From: a virus
IMG/VR virus record: IMGVR_UViG_3300037258_000375
Span: 32,001 to 96,000 of that record
Direction: 5' to 3' (one strand)
Length of the DNA: 64,000 nucleotides
In this document: one piece after another, positions 41,380 to 50,307 of the stretch
How the letters are laid out: each line of letters starts with the position of its first letter
Numbering within the stretch: the stretch's first letter is position 1
The notes under the pieces: generated by a model
Databases searched by the model: none
Seen by the model: the letters and a program-made list of their open reading frames with translations, nothing else
Told to the model about the DNA's origin: nothing
Translations under genes and position numbers: made by a program

Positions 41380-41817
41380 TCACTTCTCTGGCTGGATTCT
41401 GAATTTCACTCCACGGTCATGAAGCTCTTTCTTCGACAGGTAATCGCATACATCGTTCTCGTCACGAGGTACCCAGGTGAGTTGCGCCCTGTGCTTGAGC
41501 TTAGCCCACAGCGTTCGCGCCTTCTCGTAAAACGGTAGATATAGGCCACCGTTCACGTTCCATGTGCCGTTTATCTGGTTGATGACGAGCTTCGAGTCCC
41601 CGCGTATGATCGCTACACCTGGATGCTTGAGTATCTCCGTCGCCACGGCGATGAAAGCTGAGTATTCGCTGACGTTATTTGAGATATGCTTACCGTGACC
41701 GATGTACCCACCTTTCTCAAAAACCGTTACGCCATCTACGCGAACGACTCCTCCCCATGCGCCATGCCCCCCTGGATTGACCGGCTCCGCGACGCCATCG
41801 AACCAAGCTTCAATCAT
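41380..41817 (-). CDS. ribonuclease HI family protein
   Basis: WFDG...NPG, SNNVSEY, GDSKLVINQ..G.W, WVPRDEN..CD.LS. Confidence 0.88.
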   Translation of the reverse strand: MIEAWFDGVAEPVNPGGHGAWGGVVRVDGVTVFEKGGYIGHGKHISNNVSEYSAFIAVATEILKHPGVAIIRGDSKLVINQINGTWNVNGGLYLPFYEKARTLWAKLKHRAQLTWVPRDENDVCDYLSKKELHDRGVKFRIQPEK

Positions 41818-42214
41818 GATCCTTTTGACCTCCGATCTCTTCGGCAACTGTGATGCAATGGTCTTCCTTGTTCGTATCGGCTCCCCAGGCCCCATCTCGA
41901 ATTCTTTGCTCGATGCCTCGCTCCGCTCCGGTGAACCCGAACAGGCCAGCGATAGCACTCACGGCTATCGGGTTCGGATAGAGCGTTTCAGACGGAATCG
42001 AAATGGAAAGGTGCCGAACGAGTTTGTCCGGGTACTCCTTCACTTTTGTGAACGTGAACACGCAGCGATAGGTATTTAACTGGGTGACGAAGTTTGGGTT
42101 GCCGCCAGGGATGGGATCGCCAGTATCCGGTTCGTAAATGTGACCTTGTGCATATTCCAACACCTTCTCAACTTTCGCAACCGCCTCATCGTCAATTACT
42201 AAAACTCTCGCCAT
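41810..42214 (-). CDS. hypothetical protein
   Basis: Coupled ORF; RHLSIS..YPNP. Confidence 0.55.
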   Translation of the reverse strand: MARVLVIDDEAVAKVEKVLEYAQGHIYEPDTGDPIPGGNPNFVTQLNTYRCVFTFTKVKEYPDKLVRHLSISIPSETLYPNPIAVSAIAGLFGFTGAERGIEQRIRDGAWGADTNKEDHCITVAEEIGGQKDHD

Positions 42215-43324
42215 ACTGCCTCACTTTGTCTCGATGCTCGCCTTGAGTTTGTCGTACCGTTCTCTCCACGATAGATCGGCATCCACTTCCGAATAGATCA
42301 CGGTGGGGAGGAACGGCTCAACACCGGAGGCGCGCTCAACTATCGCTTCCGCCGCCTTGCCGACGCTGATCTCACCATCCGCGAGCAGTGTCATGATGTC
42401 GCGAAACTTCTCGTGTTTCAAGTCCTGGAAGACGTCGGAAGCGCAAACGTGTTTCCAGTTTTCGGACTCGCGCTGATAGAGCTTGCGAGCGTATTCGTCA
42501 CGCTCCGTCTTCAGATTCGCAGCCATATCGGCAAATTTGGACGCAAACAACTTCGGCAAATATTGGCCGAGACTCTCCCGGTGACCATCTGGATGTTGGA
42601 CCTGGGTTGTATCGAAGAAACAGACTACGTCGTCGTAGCTCATCAGATATGGAGCCTTCGGCTTGTCGCTCATGGCTTCTGTTCCTCCGGTTTTCCGACG
42701 TTCGTCATCACCACGCCAGACGGCGGTTTCACTTCCACAAGACGCCTGCGCCAGACGAGCGTACCGGTGATCTTTTCGGCATCGCGAGACTCTTCTACGA
42801 ACTCCAGTTCCGGAGGATCGTCCGGAAGTCGGACATCGATATATTCCCCCGGTGTAACCAGCACGACCGTCCCCGGAGGCAGAGAAGCATTGGCGCGGAG
42901 TTTCGGGAAAGTCATGTGCTTTATCCCTCCGAATTCTTCTCTATCGAGCGAAGTGTCTCGCTCTCCTCATGCTCCAACTTACGACCGATCTGGAGTCCCC
43001 AATAGAAGAACTCAAATGGAATATTGAAAGCTTGCAGATTTCCAAGAATGATTTTTGCGAATGCCTCTTCCTTTTCCTTCTGACTCGTTCCCCGGTGGGC
43101 AGCCATCTCCGTCGCTATCGTTCGCCCGCTCAAGCCTACAGCAACCAGCATGAGCATCAAGAGTCCCGATACAGTCGAACTCTTCATCAGTTCACGCACA
43201 ATTTCTGGATACCCGTCTCCCGTAAGCAGTCCGAAATTATCTTGCGTAAACTGGTTGCTGGCCTTGATCTGCTCTTCGAGCATCGTGCGTATTTGCTGCA
43301 TCTCCATCTTTCCTCCAAATCTGT

Positions 43325-43933
43325 TTACGGTTTTAGTTGCGGGGCTTCCGGCACTTTCGGCATGAGTTGGTCAGCGATGTATCGGCTCACCGATTCCTGA
43401 ATCTGTGTTTTCGCTGTTGCCGCCACCTTGCCGACTTGTTCCTTGATGGCCGCGTTGAGTGGATCGATGGCGAGTAAACGCAGGAAGTAGACGGCGCGCG
43501 GTATGCTGTCGTTATAGTTGGCCTCGTTGCCGGAAGTGTTCACTTTCTGGCTGAGATACTCTCGAAACATCTGGCCAAACATCTCGACGACCGATATCTT
43601 TTCGCCGCTTCTCTGTCCATAGTTATTTGTTTTATAGAAATCTTTTTCAAAGAACTCAGCAGTGAGTTTCTGTGCGTGCTTTTCGAATTCTCCCCTAGCT
43701 GCGGCTAAGACCGTTTCTTCGACGCGCTTCTGAATCACTTTTTCTAGCGAAGAACTGATTTGCCGACTCAGATTATTGGCAATCAAATCTTCAAGCTTGC
43801 CTCCGCTCAAGTATTTGTCGAGTTGAAGTGTGATGGTGATCGTTCCGGTTGGCAACTCGGTCGGCGGCTGTGTGCCCGCATCGAGTTCAGTCCCTTCGTC
43901 TTCATCTTCCTGGTATGACATTCTTTCCTCCAT
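43325..43933 (-). CDS. hypothetical coiled-coil phage protein
   Basis: RBS; TNNYG motif. Confidence 0.55.
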   Translation of the reverse strand: MEERMSYQEDEDEGTELDAGTQPPTELPTGTITITLQLDKYLSGGKLEDLIANNLSRQISSSLEKVIQKRVEETVLAAARGEFEKHAQKLTAEFFEKDFYKTNNYGQRSGEKISVVEMFGQMFREYLSQKVNTSGNEANYNDSIPRAVYFLRLLAIDPLNAAIKEQVGKVAATAKTQIQESVSRYIADQLMPKVPEAPQLKP

Positions 43934-43973
43934 GCGCGCAAGAATACCATACTCTGCGCTCCATGCGCGCAGT

Positions 43974-44627
43974 TTATTTCGGTCTCATCCACTCTGCCAA
44001 ACGAACCCGCAGCAACCGCCAAATGCTCATCGATTTGATACGCTCATCTAACTCTTGAACAACCGCTTCACGGAATTTATGCTCCTCGCGAAGTTGCGCG
44101 AGTTGCTCAGCTACATCCTTCAGTTTGATCCGTTCGGCGTTGAGTGCGGAGAGAGCTTGATCGCGCTGCTCCAGCAGCACATCTTCTCGTGAGCGCTTCA
44201 CGGAGGGAATGTAGGTGCCAGCCATGATCTGCTTCTTCTCATCACCTGTGAGCGCGACATGTCCATTTGCCTTAGATTTTTTGGTGTAACCACGTGGGAA
44301 GTAGTCGCCAAGAAGTGAGCCTTCCGGGAGCCCGCGCATGTCCTCGTGCGCGCGCCGGTTATTGCAGAGACGGCAGGCGCAGACGAGATTGCTGTCATCG
44401 TTGGTCCCGCCTCTGTGCCGAGGCACGACGTGATCGATGGTCGCTAAATCCCACGCTTCGAGGTTGAAGGTTCCATCAGGCTTCGGTATACGCAGATGCG
44501 TCGGGCTCTTGCACCAGAAGCAGACATGTCCGCCCTTCTCCCACAGCACGGCGCGGCGCGGCAATGCCCCTGCTTCTAGCAGCCACGATATGGCCGGAGG
44601 TTTGATCTGGTCGGCAGAATCTACCAC
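43974..44627 (-). CDS. HNH endonuclease with coiled-coil tail
   Basis: CFWC, TIDHVVPR.RGG....NLVCAC..CN. Confidence 0.85.
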   Translation of the reverse strand: MVDSADQIKPPAISWLLEAGALPRRAVLWEKGGHVCFWCKSPTHLRIPKPDGTFNLEAWDLATIDHVVPRHRGGTNDDSNLVCACRLCNNRRAHEDMRGLPEGSLLGDYFPRGYTKKSKANGHVALTGDEKKQIMAGTYIPSVKRSREDVLLEQRDQALSALNAERIKLKDVAEQLAQLREEHKFREAVVQELDERIKSMSIWRLLRVRLAEWMRPK

Positions 44628-45244
44628 GAGTCTCCCACACGTTCGGGGCCATCGAGGATGATACTTTCGTGGACAGTGGTTTTAGGGAAGCGTATGTTGA
44701 CTTGATCGACGAACCAGCGGATCATTTCACGGCCCTTGGAGGGCGTGCAGGAATCGATGATGGAGAACAAGAGAAGTAAGTCTTTGTCCTCGACAGCGTC
44801 AAGGCCCTGCATGAGCTTGGCTTCGTCGAGCTTGCCGGTCTGCTGGAACTTGCGGTACACGGCATATCCTAAATCGTGGTACTGGACGATGTTGAGTAAG
44901 TCCGGATCGTCGAGGAACTCAGCAAGGAACGCGCGAGCGAGCGAAGCATGACTCTTGGGATCAAGGATCGCACTGCCATGCTTCGCGACCGCTTTGAAGG
45001 AGTCATGCACGTGAATCAAGATCATCAACTTCCAGCGCTCGTCGTCGCTGACTCGCCACTTCCCATCGATGGCGCGAAGGTTCGCTTCGAGGTCGGCGAT
45101 GTGCGCCTTGATCGTTCCTTCCGCATGGCCACGGCGCGGCTTTCCGTACTCGATGTTTAACTTGTAGCGCGCATCGGCAGTGATTCGCTGAAAGATTTCA
45201 AGATAATTTGCGCCCATGGAGAAAGTATATCCCGAAGCGCGCAA
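44621..45244 (-). CDS. HD-domain protein
   Basis: GH.EG....H, HVHDSFK, H...A..F, HD. Confidence 0.65.
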   Translation of the reverse strand: MRASGYTFSMGANYLEIFQRITADARYKLNIEYGKPRRGHAEGTIKAHIADLEANLRAIDGKWRVSDDERWKLMILIHVHDSFKAVAKHGSAILDPKSHASLARAFLAEFLDDPDLLNIVQYHDLGYAVYRKFQQTGKLDEAKLMQGLDAVEDKDLLLLFSIIDSCTPSKGREMIRWFVDQVNIRFPKTTVHESIILDGPERVGDSW

Positions 45245-45435
45245 TTTTTAAACGGAAGATTCCTCTCCCGCTTGTTGCGGCCAGCCGGACATAGATAGGA
45301 CAGGGTGGTTTGCTAGATGGGTTACTTTTGGGTAGGATGGTGTTACGCAGACATTCGCAGGAACTGGCCAATTAGGAATCACTATATACAAAAGGCTGGC
45401 ATCGCGCCAGCCCTTTGTGGGGATGCCTTGAAAAG

Positions 45436-45933
45436 TTAGGGCGTCGGTGTGGAGAACTCCACCGCGACCGACTGGGTAAGTTGGGTTGGCGGAGGCGGAG
45501 TAACGGCGCTGGTTGTGATCGTAAACGCCTGGGTCCACGTCGAGACAGCGCCATCGGTATCGGTCACGGTGCAAGACGCCGCTCCGCTTACCGCGCCGGA
45601 CGACGCAGCCACGCCGGTACAAGTAGCCGTGACCCCATCGGAGTTCAAGGTGACAGTGGCGGATGGGTCGTTAAACGAATAGCTGACATTCGAGAGGGTG
45701 CCTCCCGAGTTGGTGACGCCATCGGCCTCAAGAGGGACGATGGACGCCTGCGAAGTCTGGCCTACGTTAAAGACCAGGGCATTGTTCGGCATGGGGGATT
45801 CTCCTGTGAAGCGAATTGTGATGCTTTTAGTGAGGGTTCGGGAGCGAAGCTCGTTCTTGATCTCGCGAAGATCGTGCGCGATCTCTTTGAGGAGACCAAC
45901 TATTTCGTGATCGTGGTCATGGAACAAACTCAT
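45436..45933 (-). CDS. hypothetical protein with Ig-like C-terminal region
   Basis: Thr/Ser/Val-rich beta pattern; internal RBS before MPNN. Confidence 0.5.
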   Translation of the reverse strand: MSLFHDHDHEIVGLLKEIAHDLREIKNELRSRTLTKSITIRFTGESPMPNNALVFNVGQTSQASIVPLEADGVTNSGGTLSNVSYSFNDPSATVTLNSDGVTATCTGVAASSGAVSGAASCTVTDTDGAVSTWTQAFTITTSAVTPPPPTQLTQSVAVEFSTPTP

Positions 45934-46266
45934 GGCACCATCCTACACCGGATTGCAATGGGCCTGGATTGTAAATTTTTGACTAGAACCGGGGGCGTTG
46001 ATTGAGGGGCGGGACACATGGCGAGGGAACGATCCGGAGACCCGGATTCAGCGAATGCTTTAGGATGAGCGTCCGGAATCCGGACTTGATCCAGTCGGCT
46101 CGGCGCGCCTCGGCTGTCCGCCGCAGCATGAATCCCTGATCCACCCAGTGAGCGCCGCTCTTCTCTTCGACAAGTAGACGCACCAGGGCGATCCGGCTGA
46201 ATGGAGACTTCTTGACGATGTCAGCGATGGATGCGCGGTAGATGAGCATGGGAAGCATCATGTTTA

Positions 46267-46342
46267 TGGAGCGGGCGGCGGGACTCGAACCCGCGATCAA
46301 CTGCTTGGAAGGCAGAGGTCTTAGCCGCTAGACGACACCCGC
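46267..46342 (-). tRNA. tRNA-Gly(TCC)
   Basis: Cloverleaf, loop CTTCCAA, CCA end. Confidence 0.92.
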
Positions 46343-46863
46343 TAAAGTTTCAACCTTTCGATCTCCTGCTCTACGAACCCGCGCGTGATGGGATGGAGGA
46401 TTATCCGGTCACGTCGTTCTTTGTACCAACCGCTCACATCCCACACGCCGCGAATGGCCCGTCCCGCTCCCGCCCAGTCGGCGATCATCTCGCGAACGTA
46501 TTTGACCGGCATCGGCAGCGCTGCCGTATTGTCATCTGTGTTCGACGCTGGATCGTCAAGCAGAACCCAGTATTGCCAGTGATGCTTGTTCCAGTGAATG
46601 TGATGGAGCCACGCTGTCTGGAACTCCGACGCAACACTTTCTTTCGTCCGACCGCAGTAGCCAGAGCATTGAATCTTCGCCGCGTCCCACTCTGGATAAT
46701 CACCGTAAAAGTAGCGCAGATAGGGGAACCATTCGCACGGCAGCAACTTGCTCCAATCGTGAATCACCAGCCGCCACAGCGAAGCTTTGGTTCTGAGCCC
46801 AGCTTGAAAGACAAACAGCTTGTGGCGGAACAGGTACCGAACGTACTGCAAGTTCTTCGTCAT
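46342..46863 (-). CDS. DUF5662-like HD-fold protein
   Basis: HK..V, HDWSK, AW.HH...N.HH, MP..Y..EMIADW. Confidence 0.75.
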   Translation of the reverse strand: MTKNLQYVRYLFRHKLFVFQAGLRTKASLWRLVIHDWSKLLPCEWFPYLRYFYGDYPEWDAAKIQCSGYCGRTKESVASEFQTAWLHHIHWNKHHWQYWVLLDDPASNTDDNTAALPMPVKYVREMIADWAGAGRAIRGVWDVSGWYKERRDRIILHPITRGFVEQEIERLKL

Positions 46864-47189
46864 GCGAAAATTTTAGCGCCAAATTCCTTAGTTACCGGCG
46901 AAATTTTAGTAACGTTTCTGGAAAACTCGATGTTGCCCTTGCATCCGCTTGCGTTCTTTATTGCGCCATTTCTCGGTCGGCATCTTGTTAAGCCTCAGCG
47001 AGAGGTGTTCCGGATTGAACTTACTTCTGCGGATTTTGCGCAAGTTGAATTCGTGACGAGTGCAGAACGTGAGGCGATTCCCTTTTCCGTCATGTCCAAG
47101 AAGCGAGCAGTCTGGATAAAAACACCCACAATCGCTTGCTTGTTGATTTTCGAAATACGGTCCTTTTTTCATGTCCGCAATTATAGACT

Positions 47190-47266
47190 TGGTGGCGATG
47201 GGAAGCATCGAACTTCCGACCTCACCCTTATCAGGGGTGCGCTCTGTCCAACTGAGCTACATCGCC
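47190..47266 (-). tRNA. tRNA-Ile(GAT)
   Basis: Loop CTGATAA, CCA. Confidence 0.92.
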
Positions 47267-47270
47267 AAAA

Positions 47271-47346
47271 TGGGGCCGGGAACCGGGATCGAACCGGTGA
47301 CCTCTCCCTTACCAAGGGAGTGCTCTGCCAACTGAGCTATCTCGGC
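47271..47346 (-). tRNA. tRNA-Thr(GGT)
   Basis: Loop TTGGTAA, CCA. Confidence 0.92.
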
Positions 47347-47406
47347 AAACGTCAGTGAACTTTCGAAACGTCATACAAACGTCAGTGAAAAGTCATTGAC
47401 AGAAGT

Positions 47407-47482
47407 TGGTGCGGAGTGAGGGACTCGAACCCCCGGCGACCTGCTTGTAGGGCAGACGATCTAGCCGCTGATCTAACTCCGC
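47407..47482 (-). tRNA. tRNA-Val(TAC), C at position 33
   Basis: Loop CCTACAA, CCA. Confidence 0.8.
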
Positions 47483-47487
47483 AAAAC

Positions 47488-47564
47488 TGGTGCGCGTGGA
47501 CGGAATCGAACCGCCGACCTCAAGTTTCGGAAACTTGCGCTCTCTCCAACTGAGCTACACGCGC
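47488..47564 (-). tRNA. tRNA-Arg(CCG)
   Basis: Loop TTCCGAA, CCA. Confidence 0.92.
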
Positions 47565-47884
47565 ATTTGACTTCCAACCCATTAAACATGGAAAACATGT
47601 TCTCTTCCATGCCACTTCGCTGCGATTAAAACATGGCTCGACGTCTCCACATATCTTGCACCGCACGTTAATCAGGAGATTGGATGCATCAGCATTCGCA
47701 AGGTCCACTTCTTCATCCGTCAGTGGATCGCTCAATGACGACGCTCGAATCACAATCTCCTCCGACAAACCCGGTGCCGACCCGAAGATCGGGAAGGAGT
47801 CGAACCTTCCACCTCGTCCACGATTCTCCGCGTCGGAGATTCCCGCCGAGGACCCGACCCTCGGATGTGCGACGTGGTGCAAAC

Positions 47885-47961
47885 TGGTGACCCCGGCGTG
47901 AGTCGAACACGCGACCTGTCGTTTAGGAAACGACCGCTCTATCCGTCTGAGCTACGGGGTC
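47885..47961 (-). tRNA. tRNA-Arg(CCT)
   Basis: Loop TTCCTAA, CCA. Confidence 0.92.
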
Positions 47962-48210
47962 GTGACTTACTGGACACTTATCATTCGGCGCAGGCATCCA
48001 ACAAGTACACTGTGGGTCGATGAATGTCTCCAGCACCCGATCACACTCTGCGTAGTCGCTGCCCACTGCCTGGAACATGCATTTCTGAAGTGCTTCGAAA
48101 GCTCTCACTCTGGACGCAACGCGTGTCTTAATAAACACCGTTTTTCCGTCGCGTTCGTGCGTGCCGCGTTCCAATGCTTCTTCTGCCCAGGTTCTCATGG
48201 CGACCATCAT
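47923..48210 (-). CDS. hypothetical protein; stop codon inside tRNA-Arg(CCT)
   Basis: 95-aa ORF between tRNAs. Confidence 0.45.
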   Translation of the reverse strand: MMVAMRTWAEEALERGTHERDGKTVFIKTRVASRVRAFEALQKCMFQAVGSDYAECDRVLETFIDPQCTCWMPAPNDKCPVSHDPVAQTDRAVVS

Positions 48211-48220
48211 ACATCTAAAC

Positions 48221-48297
48221 TGGTGCTGGCGACTGGAGTCGAACCAGTGGCCTCAAGCTTAGAAGGCAAGTGCTCTATCCGTCTGAGCTACGCCAGC
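48221..48297 (-). tRNA. tRNA-Arg(TCT)
   Basis: Loop CTTCTAA, two U-U mismatches in the anticodon stem, CCA. Confidence 0.85.
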
Positions 48298-48302
48298 AAA
48301 AT

Positions 48303-48377
48303 TGGTGGGACCGGTCAGAGTCGAACTGACATTTCAACGCTTAAAAGGCGTGGCCTCTACCATTGAGTTACGATCCC
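48303..48377 (-). tRNA. tRNA-Lys(TTT)
   Basis: Loop CTTTTAA, CCA. Confidence 0.9.
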
Positions 48378-48778
48378 AATTTCCTTTTCCTTTTCCACTC
48401 GTTGACGTATCCGTTGTGCGCCTTCTTACATAAATCACATCGGCAATACCGATAGGAAGAAATCGTGCCGTGCGTACCTTTTGCCTTGGTGAAGCCCAGG
48501 TCCACGATACTCTTATCCTGGTGGCACGGCCTGCAAAGCAATTGGCATTTCGCAACTTCCTCCCAAAAACGCCGGTCGCTATACGACCATATCCTGGCGA
48601 TATCGGCGATCTTGGATGTTCGGGCTTTATGATCGAACTCAAGTTGTTTTTTACTGCCGCACCTGACGCACTTGCCGCCGAGTTTTCGAATTGCCGCCTT
48701 GCGCCTGCGGTGATATCTTTCCTTGATATACACGCGCATGTACGCATTGTATTCGGCTTTGTTTTTCCCGACTGGCAT
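48368..48778 (-). CDS. HNH homing endonuclease in tRNA array
   Basis: LGGKC..CG....LEFDH, E..KCQLLC..CH, HGT...Y..CRC..C. Confidence 0.85.
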   Translation of the reverse strand: MPVGKNKAEYNAYMRVYIKERYHRRRKAAIRKLGGKCVRCGSKKQLEFDHKARTSKIADIARIWSYSDRRFWEEVAKCQLLCRPCHQDKSIVDLGFTKAKGTHGTISSYRYCRCDLCKKAHNGYVNEWKRKRKLGS

Positions 48779-48803
48779 GGATTAAGCATACCATGCTTCA
48801 ACT

Positions 48804-48879
48804 TGGTGGGCGCGGAGGGCATCGAACCCCCGACCTTATGGTTAAGAGCCATCTGCTCTCCCAACTGAGCTACGCGCCC
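48804..48879 (-). tRNA. tRNA-Lys(CTT)
   Basis: Loop CTCTTAA, CCA. Confidence 0.92.
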
Positions 48880-48883
48880 AAAC

Positions 48884-49075
48884 TTACCGGATCGGACGTA
48901 CCAACGGACCGCCCGTCAACAAACCGAATGCACTTAGAAGCCACAGCACCACTGCGACGAGAACCACGATGTTCAAGATAGTCTTGATCTTCGGGTCCAT
49001 CGGAATGAACTGGTTTATCAACCACAAAAGCAAACCAACGACCACCAAGGTGACGATCAATCCAATCAATGTCAT
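48884..49075 (-). CDS. small two-TM membrane protein (Thivi_2564-like)
   Basis: AGGAGG RBS; LIVTLVVVGLLLWLIN.FIPM..KIK.ILN.VV. Confidence 0.75.
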   Translation of the reverse strand: MTLIGLIVTLVVVGLLLWLINQFIPMDPKIKTILNIVVLVAVVLWLLSAFGLLTGGPLVRPIR

Positions 49076-49106
49076 GAAGTTCCTCCTGCTGATTGGATGC
49101 AACCTT

Positions 49107-49184
49107 TGGTGGGGCTGGTGACGACTCGAACCCACAACCGGAGAATTATGAGTTCTCTGCTCTGCCGACAAATCTTACAGCCCA
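49107..49184 (-). pseudogene. degenerate tRNA(CAT), Ile2-like
   Basis: Loop CTCATAA intact; D-arm and T-stem pairing broken. Confidence 0.6.
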
Positions 49185-49186
49185 TT

Positions 49187-49263
49187 TGGTAGACGTGCGG
49201 AGCATCGAACTCCGAACCTTGCTCTTATAAGGAGCATGCTCTAGCCGATTGAGCTACACGTCT
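49187..49263 (-). tRNA. tRNA-Ile(TAT)
   Basis: Stem TGCTC/GAGCA, loop CTTATAA, CCA. Confidence 0.88.
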
Positions 49264-49274
49264 ATAAAACTTGT

Positions 49275-49434
49275 TTCACAGCGGGATGGCGTTGCGCCAT
49301 CGGAGTAGACAAACTCCGCTGTGAACTTTTTCGTAGTGGCCCACTGCAACGGCTAACCTTTCGGTGAGTTCTGCACGTCTCGGTAGTCTTAGCTTTCCGA
49401 TACCGCCAGTGAATTATGCGCCGCCGCTACGAAA
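49275..49434 (-). ncRNA. two unassigned multibranch structured elements
   Basis: Closing stems TTCACAGC/GCTGTGAA and TTTCGTAGTGGC/GCCGCTACGAAA with internal hairpins. Confidence 0.5.
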
Positions 49435-49436
49435 CT

Positions 49437-49505
49437 TGGTGGCACGCCCGGAGTCGAACCGGATTACGTCCTTATGAGAGACGCTTCCCGCCTTGGGTAC
49501 GTGCC
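49437..49505 (-). tRNA. tRNA-Met(CAT)-like with short D-arm
   Basis: Loop CTCATAA, TTCGA T-loop, CCA; about 69 nt. Confidence 0.65.
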
Positions 49506-49510
49506 AAATC

Positions 49511-49584
49511 TGGCAGGGGATGAACGATTTGAACGCTCAAATTCCGGGTTGGAGCCGGACGGTTTGCATTAAGCCTAATCCCCC
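49511..49584 (-). tRNA. tRNA-Trp(CCA)
   Basis: Loop CTCCAAC, GCCA end. Confidence 0.8.
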
Positions 49585-49920
49585 AAAAGTTATCTTTCGA
49601 TGACAATTAGCGCAGATGAGATCGCATTTTTGAATCTCGGCATAGATACGCGTCTTAGAGATACCCATCACCGCAATTGCATACGACACATCAAAGCATT
49701 TTTCCTCGTCGGGTCGGTGATGGAATTCGAGGCACGCCCAAAATGACTCCTCACAATACAAGCAGTGCTTATCCTTTTTTAAGGACCGTGACCATTCAAC
49801 CCGCTTTGCCTTTTGAGCTATGGCGCGATCAATATAAGGCTGCTTATTGTTCCGGTAATGTTTCCTCCGGTAGCCTCGCAGTTTTTCTTGATTCGCGTCA
49901 CGCCACGCTTTCGTAGACAT
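49537..49920 (-). CDS. HNH homing endonuclease associated with tRNA-Trp
   Basis: C..C......LEFHH, EI.KC.LICANCHR. Confidence 0.85.
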   Translation of the reverse strand: MSTKAWRDANQEKLRGYRRKHYRNNKQPYIDRAIAQKAKRVEWSRSLKKDKHCLYCEESFWACLEFHHRPDEEKCFDVSYAIAVMGISKTRIYAEIQKCDLICANCHRKITFGGLGLMQTVRLQPGI

Positions 49921-49936
49921 ACAAAAAGTATAGCGC

Positions 49937-49975
49937 TTTGGAGACCGGCAGTGTAGCCGCTGCGCTTACTCCCCT
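49937..49975 (-). pseudogene. orphan 5' half of tRNA-Trp
   Basis: AGGGGAG..CCGGT CTCCAAA ends at the anticodon loop just before the HNH gene. Confidence 0.7.
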
Positions 49976-49992
49976 ATGATGTCAAAGACCAA

Positions 49993-50020
49993 CAAAAAAC
50001 CCTCTCCTGAGAGAGGGTCC
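49993..50020 (-). terminator. attenuator terminator of tRNA operon A
   Basis: ACCCTCTC-TCAG-GAGAGGGT followed by a U-run; 5' arm can alternatively pair with leader GAGGGT. Confidence 0.85.
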
Positions 50021-50041
50021 GGATTCCAATCTGTCTACAGA

Positions 50042-50128
50042 TTAGGAACCACAACCCTCACGCACGATTCCCCAAATGACCCGCTTGGTCCCGGTCATGG
50101 TTCTCGCCGATTTGGTTATGGTCAGCAC
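50042..50128 (-). CDS. leader peptide A (MLTITKSARTMTGTKRVIWGIVREGCGS)
   Basis: GTG 7 nt after TTGCAT-N17-TACGCT; codons match downstream tRNAs. Confidence 0.8.
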   Translation of the reverse strand: MLTITKSARTMTGTKRVIWGIVREGCGS

Positions 50129-50307
50129 GAAAATAAGCGTACACCTGTTCGCATTTCGATGCAAGCGGAAAATGGAAATATTCTTGTCAAGCGGAAAATC
50201 GACACAGGCTTATCAGTGACTTGCAGACGAAGAAATGCGAAAACCCCTGTATTTATGCATGTTTGCAAATGCTCGCAATTAAAATTGACGTATCGGAGGA
50301 AACAACT

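Noticed and set aside
46393-47358. Long + strand ORF (321 aa) and similar antisense ORFs (e.g. 12284-13141, 24772-25599, 36514-37377)
   Set aside because: Shadow frames opposite well-supported genes or tRNAs in GC-rich DNA; no motifs or RBS.
47347-47400. AAACGTCAGTGAA direct repeat between tRNA-Thr and tRNA-Val
   Set aside because: Only two full copies in a short spacer; not enough to assign a function.
49537-49936. Group I intron in tRNA-Trp
   Set aside because: The insert is filled by the HNH ORF with no room for a catalytic core, and a complete tRNA-Trp exists downstream.
49993-50128. T-box riboswitch
   Set aside because: No UGGNACC T-box bulge or stem I motifs; a translated-leader attenuator fits better.
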